Below are positions 1 to 10,238 of a stretch of 64,000 nucleotides of DNA, piece after piece (position 1 is the first letter of the stretch; every line of letters starts with the position of its first letter). Origin of the DNA: Candidatus Thermofontivivens primus. Its GTDB lineage: Bacteria; Sysuimicrobiota; Sysuimicrobiia; Sysuimicrobiales; Thermofontiviventaceae. Location: the NCBI GenBank assembly GCA_031458695.1, contig JAVKJW010000005.1, forward strand, positions 20,390-84,389. The letters run 5' to 3'. Below the pieces are notes generated by a model. It was not told the DNA's origin and did no database searches. It saw only the letters and a list, made by a program, of their open reading frames with translations. The position numbers and the translations under genes were made by a program.

Positions 1-371
1 TGATCCGGGAGACCCAGAAGATCGTTGGAGAGGCCATTCCTATTGCTCCCACCACAGTCCGCGTCCCCTCCATGGTGGGCCATGGGATCGCCCTCACTGT
101 GGAACTCAACCGATCGCTCTCCCCAGAGGAGGCCAAGGAGATCTTGCGCCAGGCCGAAGGCGTGGAGGTATTGGACGAACCCTCCACTGGGCGCTTTCCC
201 ATGCCCATCTACGCCGCGGGGCGTGACCCCGTCTACGTTGGCCGCATCCGCCGTGATCCTACCGTACCCGCAGGGCTCCACCTCTGGGTGGTAGGGGACA
301 ACCTGCGCAAGGGAGCCGCTTTGAACGCCGTCCAGATTGCCGAGACGATGATCTCCATGGGGCTCCTTTGA
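1..371 (+). CDS. asd: Aspartate-semialdehyde dehydrogenase, C-terminal part (5' end lies outside the window).
   Basis: ORF 72..371 translation (...GHGIALTVELNRSLSPEEAKEIL...GLHLWVVGDNLRKGAALNAVQIAE) matches the conserved ASADH C-terminal dimerisation domain. The frame is open to the window edge. It sits upstream of lysC and dapA. Confidence 0.8.
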   Translation, partial: IRETQKIVGEAIPIAPTTVRVPSMVGHGIALTVELNRSLSPEEAKEILRQAEGVEVLDEPSTGRFPMPIYAAGRDPVYVGRIRRDPTVPAGLHLWVVGDNLRKGAALNAVQIAETMISMGLL

Positions 372-405
372 CGCAGCTCTCAGGTATCAGGGTCCTCCTG
401 CGATC

Positions 406-1740
406 ATGCGCATCCTCGTCCAGAAGTTCGGAGGAACGACCCTGGCAACCCAGGAAGGCCGTGAGCTCGCCGCAGAGGCCATTCTCTGGGAACGTGCCAG
501 GGGGTATACCCCTGTTGCCGTTGTCTCGGCGCCAGGGCGGGAAGGGGACCCGTATGCAACGGACACCCTCTTGGGTCTCGCCAAGGACCTCGGCTCTGAG
601 CTAGATCCCCGCACCCTCGACCTCCTCCTCTCCTGTGGCGAGACGATCTCCGCCGCGCTCCTCACGCTGACGCTTTTACGCAAGGGGTGTCCAGCAGTTG
701 CGTTGACAGGAGCACAGGCGGGGATCATCACTACAGGGGAGTTCGGGAATGCCCGTATACTGCGAGTAGACCCCAGGAGAATCCTTGCCTCCCTCCAGCA
801 GGGAAAGGTTGTGGTGGTTGCAGGATTCCAGGGGGTTAGCGAGGACGGCGAGGTAACCACGCTGGGGAGGGGAGGGAGCGACACCACGGCAGTAGCGCTT
901 GGGGCCGCCTTGAAGGCGGAGAGGGTGGAGCTCTACAAGGATGTAGACGGGGTGATGACTGCCGATCCCCGCCTCGTGCCGAACGCTCAGCCCATCCGGA
1001 AGATCACCTACGATGAAATTGCGCAGATGGCTTGGCTCGGGGCGAGGGTGATCCATCCCCGTGCCGTGGACATCGCCAGGTTCCATCGAGTCCGCCTCGT
1101 CGTACGAAGGCTCTCCCGACCCGGACATGTGCAAGGCGAACATTCGGGAAGCCTGGGCCCTCTGCCCCATTCCCCTGAGGGCTCTGGAGAGGGGACCGTC
1201 CTCGTGAAGGATCCTGACCCCAATGCCCCCTCAGGGCACCCTTTTGCTGTGGAGGGAGAGGAGGAAGGAAGCGTGTCCATTGCAGATGGCCGCGTTGTCG
1301 TAGGTTTAGCCCATATCCCGCACCTCGCCCAGATCGCGCTCGAATGGCCTCCAGAGGAAGGCCTCGGCAGGGTCCTCGACGCCCTCACCGGGATTGCCGC
1401 AGAAGGGATCAGCATCGACCTCATCACGCTCCTCCCTGGCCGACTGTTGTTCACAATCGAGGAAGGGGTTTCGGAGAAGGCGGAACGCCTGCTTCTTGCG
1501 CGAGGGTTCCGCCCCCAAATCCGCCGCGGGTGCGCCAAGGTCTCTGTGGTAGGCGCCGGGATGCGCGGGGTTCCAGGGGTCATGGCTCGCGTCGTGAAGG
1601 CTCTCTATCACGCAGGGGTGGAGATCCTCCAGACCGCCGACTCGCACACAACGATCTCTTGCCTTGTCCCGCAGGAGAAGATGAAAGAGGCCCTCTGTGC
1701 GCTCCACGAGGAGTTCATCACTCCAGCACATACCCTGTGA
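406..1740 (+). CDS. lysC: Aspartate kinase.
   Basis: 444 aa. N-terminus MRILVQKFGGTTL..., amino-acid kinase fold, C-terminal ACT-like region. asd-lysC-dapA order. It has a roughly 35-aa low-complexity insertion (…PGHVQGEHSGSLGPLPHSPEGSGEG…) between the kinase and ACT parts. Confidence 0.9.
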   Translation: MRILVQKFGGTTLATQEGRELAAEAILWERARGYTPVAVVSAPGREGDPYATDTLLGLAKDLGSELDPRTLDLLLSCGETISAALLTLTLLRKGCPAVALTGAQAGIITTGEFGNARILRVDPRRILASLQQGKVVVVAGFQGVSEDGEVTTLGRGGSDTTAVALGAALKAERVELYKDVDGVMTADPRLVPNAQPIRKITYDEIAQMAWLGARVIHPRAVDIARFHRVRLVVRRLSRPGHVQGEHSGSLGPLPHSPEGSGEGTVLVKDPDPNAPSGHPFAVEGEEEGSVSIADGRVVVGLAHIPHLAQIALEWPPEEGLGRVLDALTGIAAEGISIDLITLLPGRLLFTIEEGVSEKAERLLLARGFRPQIRRGCAKVSVVGAGMRGVPGVMARVVKALYHAGVEILQTADSHTTISCLVPQEKMKEALCALHEEFITPAHTL

Positions 1741-1874
1741 CCTTTGCTGGGCTCTGTGGAACAAAAGGGTTTCTTCCTGGCTAACGAGAGGGGGTCCTCC
1801 TTTCGAGGAGGTCATGGAGTCCCCTCTGGCGAATCTCCTCCCCAAGCGATCAGGAGGCTGAGGAGGCGAGAAGC

Positions 1875-2768
1875 ATGGTGGAGTTTGGGCACGTGATCAC
1901 AGCCATGGTGACACCCTTCGATGAAGGGTTGAACGTGGACTACACCCGGGCGGCAGACCTTGCCCGCCGTCTCGTGGAGGAGGGGTCCGATTCCCTGGTC
2001 GTGGCGGGGACTACTGGGGAGTCCCCCACCCTCAGCGATGAGGAGAAGGTGCGCCTCTTCCGGACGGTCAAAGAGGCGGTTGGGGAGAAAGCAAAGGTGA
2101 TTGCGGGGACGGGGACATATGATACCCGCCATAGCATCCACCTAAGCAAGGAGGCCGAGAAAGCTGGAGTCGATGGGCTCCTTCTCGTCGTCCCGTACTA
2201 CAACAAGCCTTCCCAGGAAGGGCTCTACAAGCACTTCCGGGCAATTGCCGAGGAAACCCGCCTTCCCGCGATCCTCTACAACATCCCGGGAAGGACGGGC
2301 GTGAACATGCTTCCAGAGACGGTTGCGCGCCTCGCCGAGGTATCCAACATCGTGGGGATCAAGGAGGCGAGCGGGAACCTCGACCAAGTCTCGGAAATCC
2401 GCAGGCGGACCCCAAAGGAGTTCCTCATCTATAGCGGTGATGATAGCCTCACCTTACCTATCTTGGCCGTTGGAGGGATTGGCGTCATCAGCGTCGCCTC
2501 TCACCTCGCGGGGAGGCAGATCCAAGAGATGATCCGGTCCTTCCTGGGTGGGGATGTCCAGCGAGCTCTGGATTTGCACCTTCGCCTCCTCCCCTTATTC
2601 AAGGCCATGTTCGTCACCACGAACCCTGCTCCTGTGAAAGCGGCCCTTGCACTTGCGGGATTCCCTGTGGGGGGCTTGCGTCCACCTCTCGTGGAGGTTA
2701 CTGAGAAGGAGCGGGAAGTGATCGCTGCAGCCCTGAGGGAACTTGCCCTGGTAGAAGTGGGAGGTTGA
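1875..2768 (+). CDS. dapA: 4-hydroxy-tetrahydrodipicolinate synthase.
   Basis: 297 aa with DHDPS/NAL-family motifs ([14 protein letters not shown]). ATGA overlap with the next gene. Confidence 0.9.
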   Translation: MVEFGHVITAMVTPFDEGLNVDYTRAADLARRLVEEGSDSLVVAGTTGESPTLSDEEKVRLFRTVKEAVGEKAKVIAGTGTYDTRHSIHLSKEAEKAGVDGLLLVVPYYNKPSQEGLYKHFRAIAEETRLPAILYNIPGRTGVNMLPETVARLAEVSNIVGIKEASGNLDQVSEIRRRTPKEFLIYSGDDSLTLPILAVGGIGVISVASHLAGRQIQEMIRSFLGGDVQRALDLHLRLLPLFKAMFVTTNPAPVKAALALAGFPVGGLRPPLVEVTEKEREVIAAALRELALVEVGG

Positions 2769-3424
2769 GGACCCTCCAAAGGATCTTTACGATCGTTGAC
2801 AGGACTCGTCCCCAGGAGGCAATAGTTTTGGGAGATGTGAAGGCGGAGTTGGAAAAGCTCCACCAACAAATCAAAGCGTGCGTGGCATGCCCCCTTCATA
2901 GGACACGGACCCAGGCTGTCCCGGGTGTGGGGAGCGCGCGGGCACGGGTGATGTTCATCGGGGAGGGACCTGGCCGGATGGAAGATTTGAAGGGAGAGCC
3001 GTTCGTGGGCCAGGCCGGGAAGTTCCTCGATAGCCTCCTTGCCTCAGTAGGGTTGACGCGGCAGGATGTGTACATCACCAACGTGGTGAAATGCCGCCCG
3101 GTGCGGGGAGCCCCTCCTTACGAGAATCGCCCCCCAAACGCTGAGGAGGTTAGTGCGTGCGCTCCCTGGCTTTCCCAGCAGCTTGCCCTCATCGCTCCCA
3201 AGCTCATTGTTACCCTCGGCCGTTACGCCATGGAAGTCTTTCTCCCAGGACGGAAGATCTCCGAAGTGCATGGGAAGCCGTTCTCCCAGGGTGATCGGAT
3301 CATCCTCCCCCTGTACCACCCGGCAGTAGCCCTCTACAGGGTTGATCAGAAGGAGACACTCATCAAGGACTTCCAGGTGATCCGGAAAGTGCTTACGGAG
3401 ATCTCCTCAGGAGCACGTGGATGA
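2765..3424 (+). CDS. Uracil-DNA glycosylase, family 4 (thermostable Fe-S type).
   Basis: 219 aa. CPL...GEGPG...GxAGKFLD and Cys pattern are typical of UDG family 4. Start ATG overlaps the dapA stop. Confidence 0.85.
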   Translation: MRTLQRIFTIVDRTRPQEAIVLGDVKAELEKLHQQIKACVACPLHRTRTQAVPGVGSARARVMFIGEGPGRMEDLKGEPFVGQAGKFLDSLLASVGLTRQDVYITNVVKCRPVRGAPPYENRPPNAEEVSACAPWLSQQLALIAPKLIVTLGRYAMEVFLPGRKISEVHGKPFSQGDRIILPLYHPAVALYRVDQKETLIKDFQVIRKVLTEISSGARG

Positions 3425-4254
3425 TGCTTCGCCTCGCCTTCCTCGGGATCATCCAGGGTTTGACCGAGTTCCTTCCTGTGAGCTCTTCCGCCCATCTCGT
3501 GTTCGCCGAGGCGATCCTAGGGATCCCGCGCCCTGGTGTCTTTCTGGAGGCGATCCTCCACCTCGGGACCCTTGTGGCGTTGGTTGTGGCTTTCCGGGAG
3601 GATCTCGTTGCAATCGCCAGAGGCTTCCTCCTGAGTCTCCTCCGGCCAAGGGAGTGGGTCAATGGAAACCCGCACAGACGGGGGATCCCGTGGGAAGGCC
3701 GGTTAGCCTGGCTCATCCTCGTCGGTTCGGTCCCGACAGGTCTCATGGGTCTTCTGTTTGAACAGGTGTTTGAGCAGATCTTTGCTTCCATCACCCTTGT
3801 GGCGATGTTCTTGTTGGTCACCGGGGCAATCCTCCTCGTGAGCGAACGGCGGTCAGCAAGCCGTCCTCTCCAGGAAGCACGTGTTCTGGACGCCCTCACC
3901 ATAGGGGTCGCTCAAGGGCTTGCCATTGCCCCGGGGATCTCCCGGTCGGGGATCACAATCGCTGCCGGGCTGTGGCGAGGAATGGACCGTGAGGCATCTG
4001 CTCGCTTTTCCTTCCTCCTAGCCATCCCCGCTATCCTGGGTGCCAGCCTCTACAAGGCCAAAGAGATGGCCCTTGCTCAAGCCATGGGAATCACCCCCTT
4101 CCAACTTCTCGTTGCTTTTGGGACATCTGTGGTTACCGGGTACCTCGCAATCCGGTGGATGCTGGAAATCGTCCGGCGCGCACGCCTTTTCTGGTTTGCC
4201 TACTACTGCTTGGGGCTCGGTCTCTTTGTCTTGATCTTCTCGCTGCTCCGGTAA
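3421..4254 (+). CDS. uppP: Undecaprenyl-diphosphatase (BacA/UppP).
   Basis: 277 aa polytopic membrane protein, start [26 protein letters not shown], the conserved UppP motif. Confidence 0.9.
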   Translation: MMLRLAFLGIIQGLTEFLPVSSSAHLVFAEAILGIPRPGVFLEAILHLGTLVALVVAFREDLVAIARGFLLSLLRPREWVNGNPHRRGIPWEGRLAWLILVGSVPTGLMGLLFEQVFEQIFASITLVAMFLLVTGAILLVSERRSASRPLQEARVLDALTIGVAQGLAIAPGISRSGITIAAGLWRGMDREASARFSFLLAIPAILGASLYKAKEMALAQAMGITPFQLLVAFGTSVVTGYLAIRWMLEIVRRARLFWFAYYCLGLGLFVLIFSLLR

Positions 4255-4299
4255 GAGGGACCCACCCTCCCCCGTCGAATCTTCCCACCTAGCGGGAAG

Positions 4300-6450
4300 A
4301 TGGCACGAAAGGAAACGGTGAAGCAGAAAGATCCCCGCAAGGCCAAGACACTAGCCGTTGCTTTCTTGGCCTTGATCTTGGGAGCGAGCCTCCTCCCCAG
4401 GGCTTCTGGGGCTATTCCGCCCCTTCTCGCCCTCTGGCAACGCCGCCTTGCTGGAGAAGGAGCTGTAGCGATCCCCCTCGTTCTCTTCCTCTTGGCAATA
4501 TTCCTTTGGCAAGGGAGGCGGCTCGGAGCTAGGATGGGAGGCCTCCTGGTGCTTACCTTGGGGAGCCTGGGGCTCCTCCAGAGCATCCGGGGGGATGATC
4601 CCTTTGGTGGCAAGGGAGGAGGTGCCATTGGGTGGGCCACACTTTGGGCCCTGCGCCGCTCGATGGGGGAGGTCTCCGCTTGGATCCTCTTGAGCCTTTC
4701 CCTCATCATCGGCTTTGCCCTCCTCACAGGGATCTCCTGGAAGGGAGTTGCGGGGGTCTTAGCCACTGGGGTCAAGTGGGTGTGGCGGGCTTTCGGAGTC
4801 GTGGGAAGAGGGTTCGTCTGTGGACTAGCGAGAATAAGAAAGCGGGCTCTGTGTCCCCGCCCTCTCCCGAGAAGGCCGCTGGTCGAGGAGGCATCTCCTG
4901 GAAAGACCCTTCCTTCCACCCAGGCGGGCGAACTGGTGGAAGAAATCACCGCTGGACCTCCCAGGATCCGGAGACCACGCGAGCCGAGGGAACCCGCACA
5001 GAAGGAAATCAAGCCACCCGTATCCCGGGAGGGATACCAGCTTCCCCTCCTTTCGCTTCTCAACGGGCCACAGGTCAAAGGACGGGAACGCACCGACCCT
5101 GTGGAGGTAGCCAGGGCTCTGGAGCGGACCCTGGAGAGCTTCGGGGTAGAGGCAAAGGTGATAGGGTTCCAGCAGGGGCCTGTTGTTACGAGGTACGAGG
5201 TCCAGCCCGCACCAGGAGTGAAGGTACAACGCATCACCAGCCTCAGCAGTGACATAGCCCTTAGCCTCGCGGCGAGGAGCGTGCGCATCGAGGCACCTAT
5301 CCCCGGCAAGTCCGCCGTGGGGATCGAGATCCCCAACGAGCGGGCGATGCTCGTGCCCATCCAGGAGGTCCTCGCCTCGGAGCAATTCTCCAAGGCTACC
5401 TCCCCTCTCGCCGTCGCGCTGGGGAAGGATCTCGCTGGGACCCCTGTGGTGATGGATCTCCAGGAGATGCCCCACCTGCTCATCGCCGGTGCCACGGGAT
5501 CAGGGAAGTCGGTCCTTCTCAATGTGATCATCGCAAGCCTCCTGTTCCGGGCGACCCCGCGAGAGGTCCGCCTCCTGCTGATCGATCCCAAGCGGGTCGA
5601 GCTTGCCCAGTACAATGGCATCCCCCACCTCCTCGCGCCAGTTGTCACAAGCCCGCGGGAAGCTGCTGGGAAGTTGAGGTGGATCCTTGGGGAGATGGAA
5701 AGCAGGTTTGCTCGGTTCGCCGAGGCGGGGGTCCGGAACATCCACGCCTATAACCATCGCTTCGCGAAAGATCCGCTCCCGTTCATTGTGATCCTCATCG
5801 ATGAACTTGCCGATTTGATGATGGTAGCCCCATCGGACTTCGAAGATATCATCTGCCGGCTTGCCCAGATGACGCGGGCTACAGGGATCCACCTCGTCGT
5901 GGCAACGCAGAGGCCTTCTGTAGACGTTATCACAGGGCTCATCAAGGCCAACATCCCCTCGCGCATCGCCTTTGCGGTCTCTTCCCAGGTAGACAGCCGG
6001 ACCATCCTCGACATGCCTGGGGCGGAGAAACTCCTCGGCCGAGGGGATATGCTTTTTCTTCCCATTGGCGCATCTAGACCGCTCCGCATCCAGGGCTCGT
6101 ATATCTCCGACGAGGAGATCGAGCGCCTCGTACAGTGGTGGCGGGACCAAGGAGGGCCTGTCTTCGAGCCGGAAGTCCTGGAGGCCGGGCAGGGTGAGGA
6201 GACCGGGGAGGAAGATTCCCTCTTGGAGGAGGCAGCCCGGATCATCGTGCGGGCGGGGTACGGATCCGTCTCCCTTCTCCAGCGGAAGATGCGCATTGGC
6301 TACGTCCGGGCCAGCCGGATCATGGACCAGCTCGAGGAGAAGGGAATCGTGGGGCCCGCACAAGGCAGCAATCCTCGGGAGGTCCTCGTCGGGCTTGACG
6401 ACCTGGAACACCTCTTTGCCCGCAAGAGGCGGGAGCGAAGCGAAATGTAA
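4300..6450 (+). CDS. ftsK: DNA translocase FtsK/SpoIIIE.
   Basis: 716 aa. N-terminal TM helices, Pro-rich linker, C-terminal FtsK motor (GATGSGKS Walker A, DELADLMM), gamma domain at the C-terminus. Confidence 0.9.
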   Translation: MARKETVKQKDPRKAKTLAVAFLALILGASLLPRASGAIPPLLALWQRRLAGEGAVAIPLVLFLLAIFLWQGRRLGARMGGLLVLTLGSLGLLQSIRGDDPFGGKGGGAIGWATLWALRRSMGEVSAWILLSLSLIIGFALLTGISWKGVAGVLATGVKWVWRAFGVVGRGFVCGLARIRKRALCPRPLPRRPLVEEASPGKTLPSTQAGELVEEITAGPPRIRRPREPREPAQKEIKPPVSREGYQLPLLSLLNGPQVKGRERTDPVEVARALERTLESFGVEAKVIGFQQGPVVTRYEVQPAPGVKVQRITSLSSDIALSLAARSVRIEAPIPGKSAVGIEIPNERAMLVPIQEVLASEQFSKATSPLAVALGKDLAGTPVVMDLQEMPHLLIAGATGSGKSVLLNVIIASLLFRATPREVRLLLIDPKRVELAQYNGIPHLLAPVVTSPREAAGKLRWILGEMESRFARFAEAGVRNIHAYNHRFAKDPLPFIVILIDELADLMMVAPSDFEDIICRLAQMTRATGIHLVVATQRPSVDVITGLIKANIPSRIAFAVSSQVDSRTILDMPGAEKLLGRGDMLFLPIGASRPLRIQGSYISDEEIERLVQWWRDQGGPVFEPEVLEAGQGEETGEEDSLLEEAARIIVRAGYGSVSLLQRKMRIGYVRASRIMDQLEEKGIVGPAQGSNPREVLVGLDDLEHLFARKRRERSEM

Positions 6451-6563
6451 GCAACAGGGGGTCGAAACCTTCGAGGACTTCTCGTTGAGGAAGCCAGGGG
6501 ATCAGTCCAGGAATGTAGGTATGAACTCACCTGGCGCAAATCTAAGGTGTTCGCGAGGAGTTC

Positions 6564-7547
6564 CTACTCCCGGGCGTAGGGGCGGCCGATGGTGCGAGGG
6601 AAGCGCCGTTGCCCAATCACGAGGGCAACCACGACGAGGGTCGTTACGTAGGGAATCATGCTCACGAAGTAGAAGGGGATTCGCTCTTTTACCCCCGGGG
6701 TCACGGCCACGGCAGAGGCGAAGCCATCCGCGAACCCGAAAAGCATCGCAGCACCAAGGGCAAGCAGCGGTTCGAGACCGGCGAATACCACGCAGGCCAG
6801 GGCGATGAACCCGCGGCCTGCCGAGATCTCCTTGACGACGGCGCCAAACCAGCCGAGAGGGAGGAACGCCCCGCCGATTCCTGCAAGCGCTCCCCCAAGG
6901 GTACTCGTGAGCAAGCGGAGGTGGTCCACTCGGAGGCCTGCAACGTCGACCGCTTCGGGCCTTTCCCCCACAGCCCTGATCCGGAACCCAAGCACCGTGC
7001 GGTGGAGCAGGAGATGGGCAAGGAAGGCAACCAGGACCGCGAACACCGTCACCGGGCTGACCTGTCCGAAGGGCGTGATCCACCTGGGGACCATAAGCTC
7101 GTTGGGGAAGATGTGGATCCCTGGGAATGCCCAGAGGCTGATGAGGAGGAAGGGGACGAAGCCTAGGGCAAAGATATTCAGACCCATCCCGGCGATGATC
7201 TGGTCTGCCCGCCCGTACACGCTGATCACGCCGAGGGCGAAGCCGAGGACCGCGCCAGCCAGCGCTCCTCCAAGGAGTCCCATGGCCCCGTTCCCGAACA
7301 CTTCCGCCGTCCACACCCCGGTGACGGAGGTAATCATGAAGATGCCCTCCAGGCCGATGTTGACGACGCCAGCCTTCTCGTTCACGCACTCACCCACCGC
7401 GGCAAGCGCAAGCGGCGTCATGGCCAGCAATCCCGCCTCAATCAGAGAGACTGGCCTCAGGCCGGCACGCTCCAGGGCCATCCCAAAGAGGGCAAGGAGT
7501 GCAATGGCCAGGAGGTACACCGCGGCCCGCCGGATCGCCTGGCTCAT
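6564..7547 (-). CDS. ABC transporter permease (nucleoside / BMP-family system).
   Basis: 327 aa polytopic membrane protein, in an operon with a second permease, a duplicated-NBD ATPase and a BMP-family binding protein. Confidence 0.85.
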   Translation of the reverse strand: MSQAIRRAAVYLLAIALLALFGMALERAGLRPVSLIEAGLLAMTPLALAAVGECVNEKAGVVNIGLEGIFMITSVTGVWTAEVFGNGAMGLLGGALAGAVLGFALGVISVYGRADQIIAGMGLNIFALGFVPFLLISLWAFPGIHIFPNELMVPRWITPFGQVSPVTVFAVLVAFLAHLLLHRTVLGFRIRAVGERPEAVDVAGLRVDHLRLLTSTLGGALAGIGGAFLPLGWFGAVVKEISAGRGFIALACVVFAGLEPLLALGAAMLFGFADGFASAVAVTPGVKERIPFYFVSMIPYVTTLVVVALVIGQRRFPRTIGRPYARE

Positions 7548-8587
7548 CGGATCCGCCTCCTTCGGAGCATCGCCCAGACCTCTGGAACCGCCAGCGTGAC
7601 CACAATGATCCCGTTTAGGGCGCGCACAAGCTCAGACAGGACTCCCGCCTGGTATTCCATGAGCCTCCCCCCATGCGCGAGCGCGCCGAACAGAAAGGCT
7701 GCCAGGATCCCCCCAAGAGGATGGTTCCGACCCACAAGGGCGACACCGATCCCATCAAACCCGAGCGTTGCGACATTCCCCAAGGTCGCATAGAGCGACC
7801 AGGCCGGGGGCCGGCCGATGATCTGGCTGGCCCCGGCGAGCCCAGCAGCAAGTCCGCCGATGACAAAACTCAAAAGAATGACGCGGTTCGCGTTCACCCC
7901 TGCATACCGGGCAGCATCAGGGTTCTCGCCACCCAAGCGGAGCTCATATCCCGCCCGCGTCCCCCATAGGTACAGGTAGATCGCAGCGCAGAAGGCGATG
8001 GCCACGAAAATTACGGCGGTCAACGTGGCATCTTCCGTGAGCACGGGGTAGCGCGCAGTGGGGAGGGCGGGAACGGTACGGTCCGCGCGGGTGGGATCCC
8101 CCAAGAAGTTGATGGCGAGATAGGTGGAGAGGTGAAAAGCGATCCAGTTGGCCATGATCGTGGAGATGACCTCGTGCACGCCCCGCCAGACCTTGAGGAG
8201 GGCAGGGATCATCGCCCACGCTGCACCGAAGAGCATTCCCGAAGCCGTTGCCGCCGCGATATGGATCCCAGGAGGGAGGGAAACCATGCCGGCAACAAAG
8301 GTCGTGCCAATGGCGCCGAGGTACATCTGGCCTTCTGCACCGATGTTGAAGAGGCCCGCGCGAATGCCGACCGAGAACGTCAAGGCCGTCAACATGAGTG
8401 GGGTGGCAAAGGCGATTGTCTCCAGAACGTCGGCTGGCGTACCGAATGCGCCAATGAATAAGGCCTGGTAGGCACGCAACGGGCTGTAGCCGAAAGCGCC
8501 CATGAGGAGAGCTCCAGCGGTGAGCCCAATGAAGATCGTGACCAGCGATTCAATCAGAGGTCGGGGAAGATGCCAGCGCGCTTTCAT
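7544..8587 (-). CDS. ABC transporter permease (nucleoside / BMP-family system).
   Basis: 347 aa polytopic membrane protein. Start overlaps the ATPase gene 3' end. Confidence 0.85.
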   Translation of the reverse strand: MKARWHLPRPLIESLVTIFIGLTAGALLMGAFGYSPLRAYQALFIGAFGTPADVLETIAFATPLMLTALTFSVGIRAGLFNIGAEGQMYLGAIGTTFVAGMVSLPPGIHIAAATASGMLFGAAWAMIPALLKVWRGVHEVISTIMANWIAFHLSTYLAINFLGDPTRADRTVPALPTARYPVLTEDATLTAVIFVAIAFCAAIYLYLWGTRAGYELRLGGENPDAARYAGVNANRVILLSFVIGGLAAGLAGASQIIGRPPAWSLYATLGNVATLGFDGIGVALVGRNHPLGGILAAFLFGALAHGGRLMEYQAGVLSELVRALNGIIVVTLAVPEVWAMLRRRRIR

Positions 8588-10118
8588 CTCTCCCTTTCGG
8601 GGTGATCCCTCCCATCATCAGCCCTATCTCTTCCCGGCTGAGCTCCTCGACCTTTCCCGAGCCGATGAACTGTCCCTCATACATCACTGCGATGCGGTCG
8701 CTGATCTCCAACACCTCGTCCAGGTCTGCAGAGACGAGGAGGACGCCCTTCCCCTCATCCCGCATCTGCACGAGGAGCTCACGGATGTACACCGTGGAGG
8801 CGATGTCCAGGCCTCTCGTGGGATGCACAGCAATCACCAGGACGGGTTCCTTGCTCAATTCCCTTCCTACCAGTAACCGCTGCTGGTTCCCTCCGCTCAG
8901 GCTGCGAACGGGGGTGTGCAGGCCTGGGGCTAACACGTTGAACCTCTCCACCAGTTGGCGGGCATAGGAAAGGATAGCATTCCAGTTGAGCCGTCCCATT
9001 CTTGTGGAGAAAGCTGGCTCACGTTGCCGGCTCAAAATGGAATTCTCGGCGAGGTCAAAGTTGAGGGCAAGGCCGAACCGGAGCCTGTCCTCTGGGATAT
9101 GAGCACCTCCTAGGCGATAGAGGTCGAGGGGGGTCAAGTGTTTGATCTCTGCTCCGTTGAGGGAGATCTCCCCGGAGCGGATGGGACGAAGTCCAGCGAG
9201 GGCCTGGACAAGCTCGCTCTGCCCGTTCCCCTCCACGCCAGCGATCCCAAAGATCTCTCCTGCGCGGACCTCAAAGGAGATCCCCTTCACCGCGAGGGCC
9301 CCCTGGTCGTTGGCAACTTGGAGGTTGCGGACGATGAGCACAGGATCTCCAGGAGGACGGCTGGACCGGCTCACGCGCGGAACAATCTCACGCCCTACCA
9401 TGAGCTCCGCAAGACGCTCGGGGGTTGCCTGGGCCGTGGGGAGCTCTCCCGTCACCTGTCCGTTGCGAAGTACCACAATCCGATCAGAGATCTCCATGAC
9501 CTCCCGGAGCTTGTGAGTGATGAACACAATGGATCTCCCAGTAGCCCTAAGACCACGCAAGAAGCGGAATAGGTCATGGACCTCTGTGGGGGTGAGCGCA
9601 GAGGTTGGTTCGTCGAGGATCAAGACCGAGGTCCCCTTGTAGAGCGTCTTCACGATTTCCACCCTCTGCTGGACCCCAATGGGGAGCGACTCCACCGGGA
9701 CATCCAAGGGGATAGAAAGGCCCGTCTCCTCAAGAAGCTCGGAGATCCGCTGGCGCGCCTTCTCAACCCGGAGGGCACCGAGGGTGGGGCTCCCTTCTTG
9801 GCCTAGGATGATGTTCTCGAGAGCTGAGAAAGGTGGGACCAGGGTGAAGACCTGGTGAACCATCCCGATGCCCACGCGCAAGGCGTCGGAGGGATTCCGG
9901 AACAGCACAGGGTGGCCATCGATGAGGATTTCCCCCCGGGTCGGTTGCAGCAGACCAGAGAGGATCTTCATCAAGGTGGTCTTCCCTGCCCCATTCTCCC
10001 CCAGGAGGCCGACGATCTCCCCGGGGTGCAGGTGGAAATCCACCCCGCGCAGAGCAACAGTCCCGTCGGGATATACCTTGTGAATGCCGCGCATCTCCAC
10101 GCGCGGTGCGGCGGCCAT
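8550..10118 (-). CDS. ABC transporter ATP-binding protein with two nucleotide-binding domains.
   Basis: 522 aa. Two Walker A motifs (GENGAGKTT, GVEGNGQSE) and two signature/Walker B sets. Typical of sugar/nucleoside-type CUT2 importers. Confidence 0.9.
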   Translation of the reverse strand: MAAAPRVEMRGIHKVYPDGTVALRGVDFHLHPGEIVGLLGENGAGKTTLMKILSGLLQPTRGEILIDGHPVLFRNPSDALRVGIGMVHQVFTLVPPFSALENIILGQEGSPTLGALRVEKARQRISELLEETGLSIPLDVPVESLPIGVQQRVEIVKTLYKGTSVLILDEPTSALTPTEVHDLFRFLRGLRATGRSIVFITHKLREVMEISDRIVVLRNGQVTGELPTAQATPERLAELMVGREIVPRVSRSSRPPGDPVLIVRNLQVANDQGALAVKGISFEVRAGEIFGIAGVEGNGQSELVQALAGLRPIRSGEISLNGAEIKHLTPLDLYRLGGAHIPEDRLRFGLALNFDLAENSILSRQREPAFSTRMGRLNWNAILSYARQLVERFNVLAPGLHTPVRSLSGGNQQRLLVGRELSKEPVLVIAVHPTRGLDIASTVYIRELLVQMRDEGKGVLLVSADLDEVLEISDRIAVMYEGQFIGSGKVEELSREEIGLMMGGITPKGRDESALASSPTSD

Positions 10119-10153
10119 AATGACCTCTCCTCGACTCCTCCCTCCAGAACATG

Positions 10154-10204
10154 GGCAGGGGCAAGCCTCTTCAGGAGCCGAATAGCCCGAAGCTTGCCCC
10201 TGCC
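10154..10204 (-). other. Perfect 13-bp-stem hairpin between the binding-protein gene and the ATPase gene of the ABC operon.
   Basis: ggcaggggcaagc ... gcttgcccctgcc with a 25-nt loop. No U-tract. Intra-operon position. Confidence 0.5.
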
Positions 10205-10238
10205 AGCGAGACGGATCTTGATTCTAGCTGGGCCAGGG

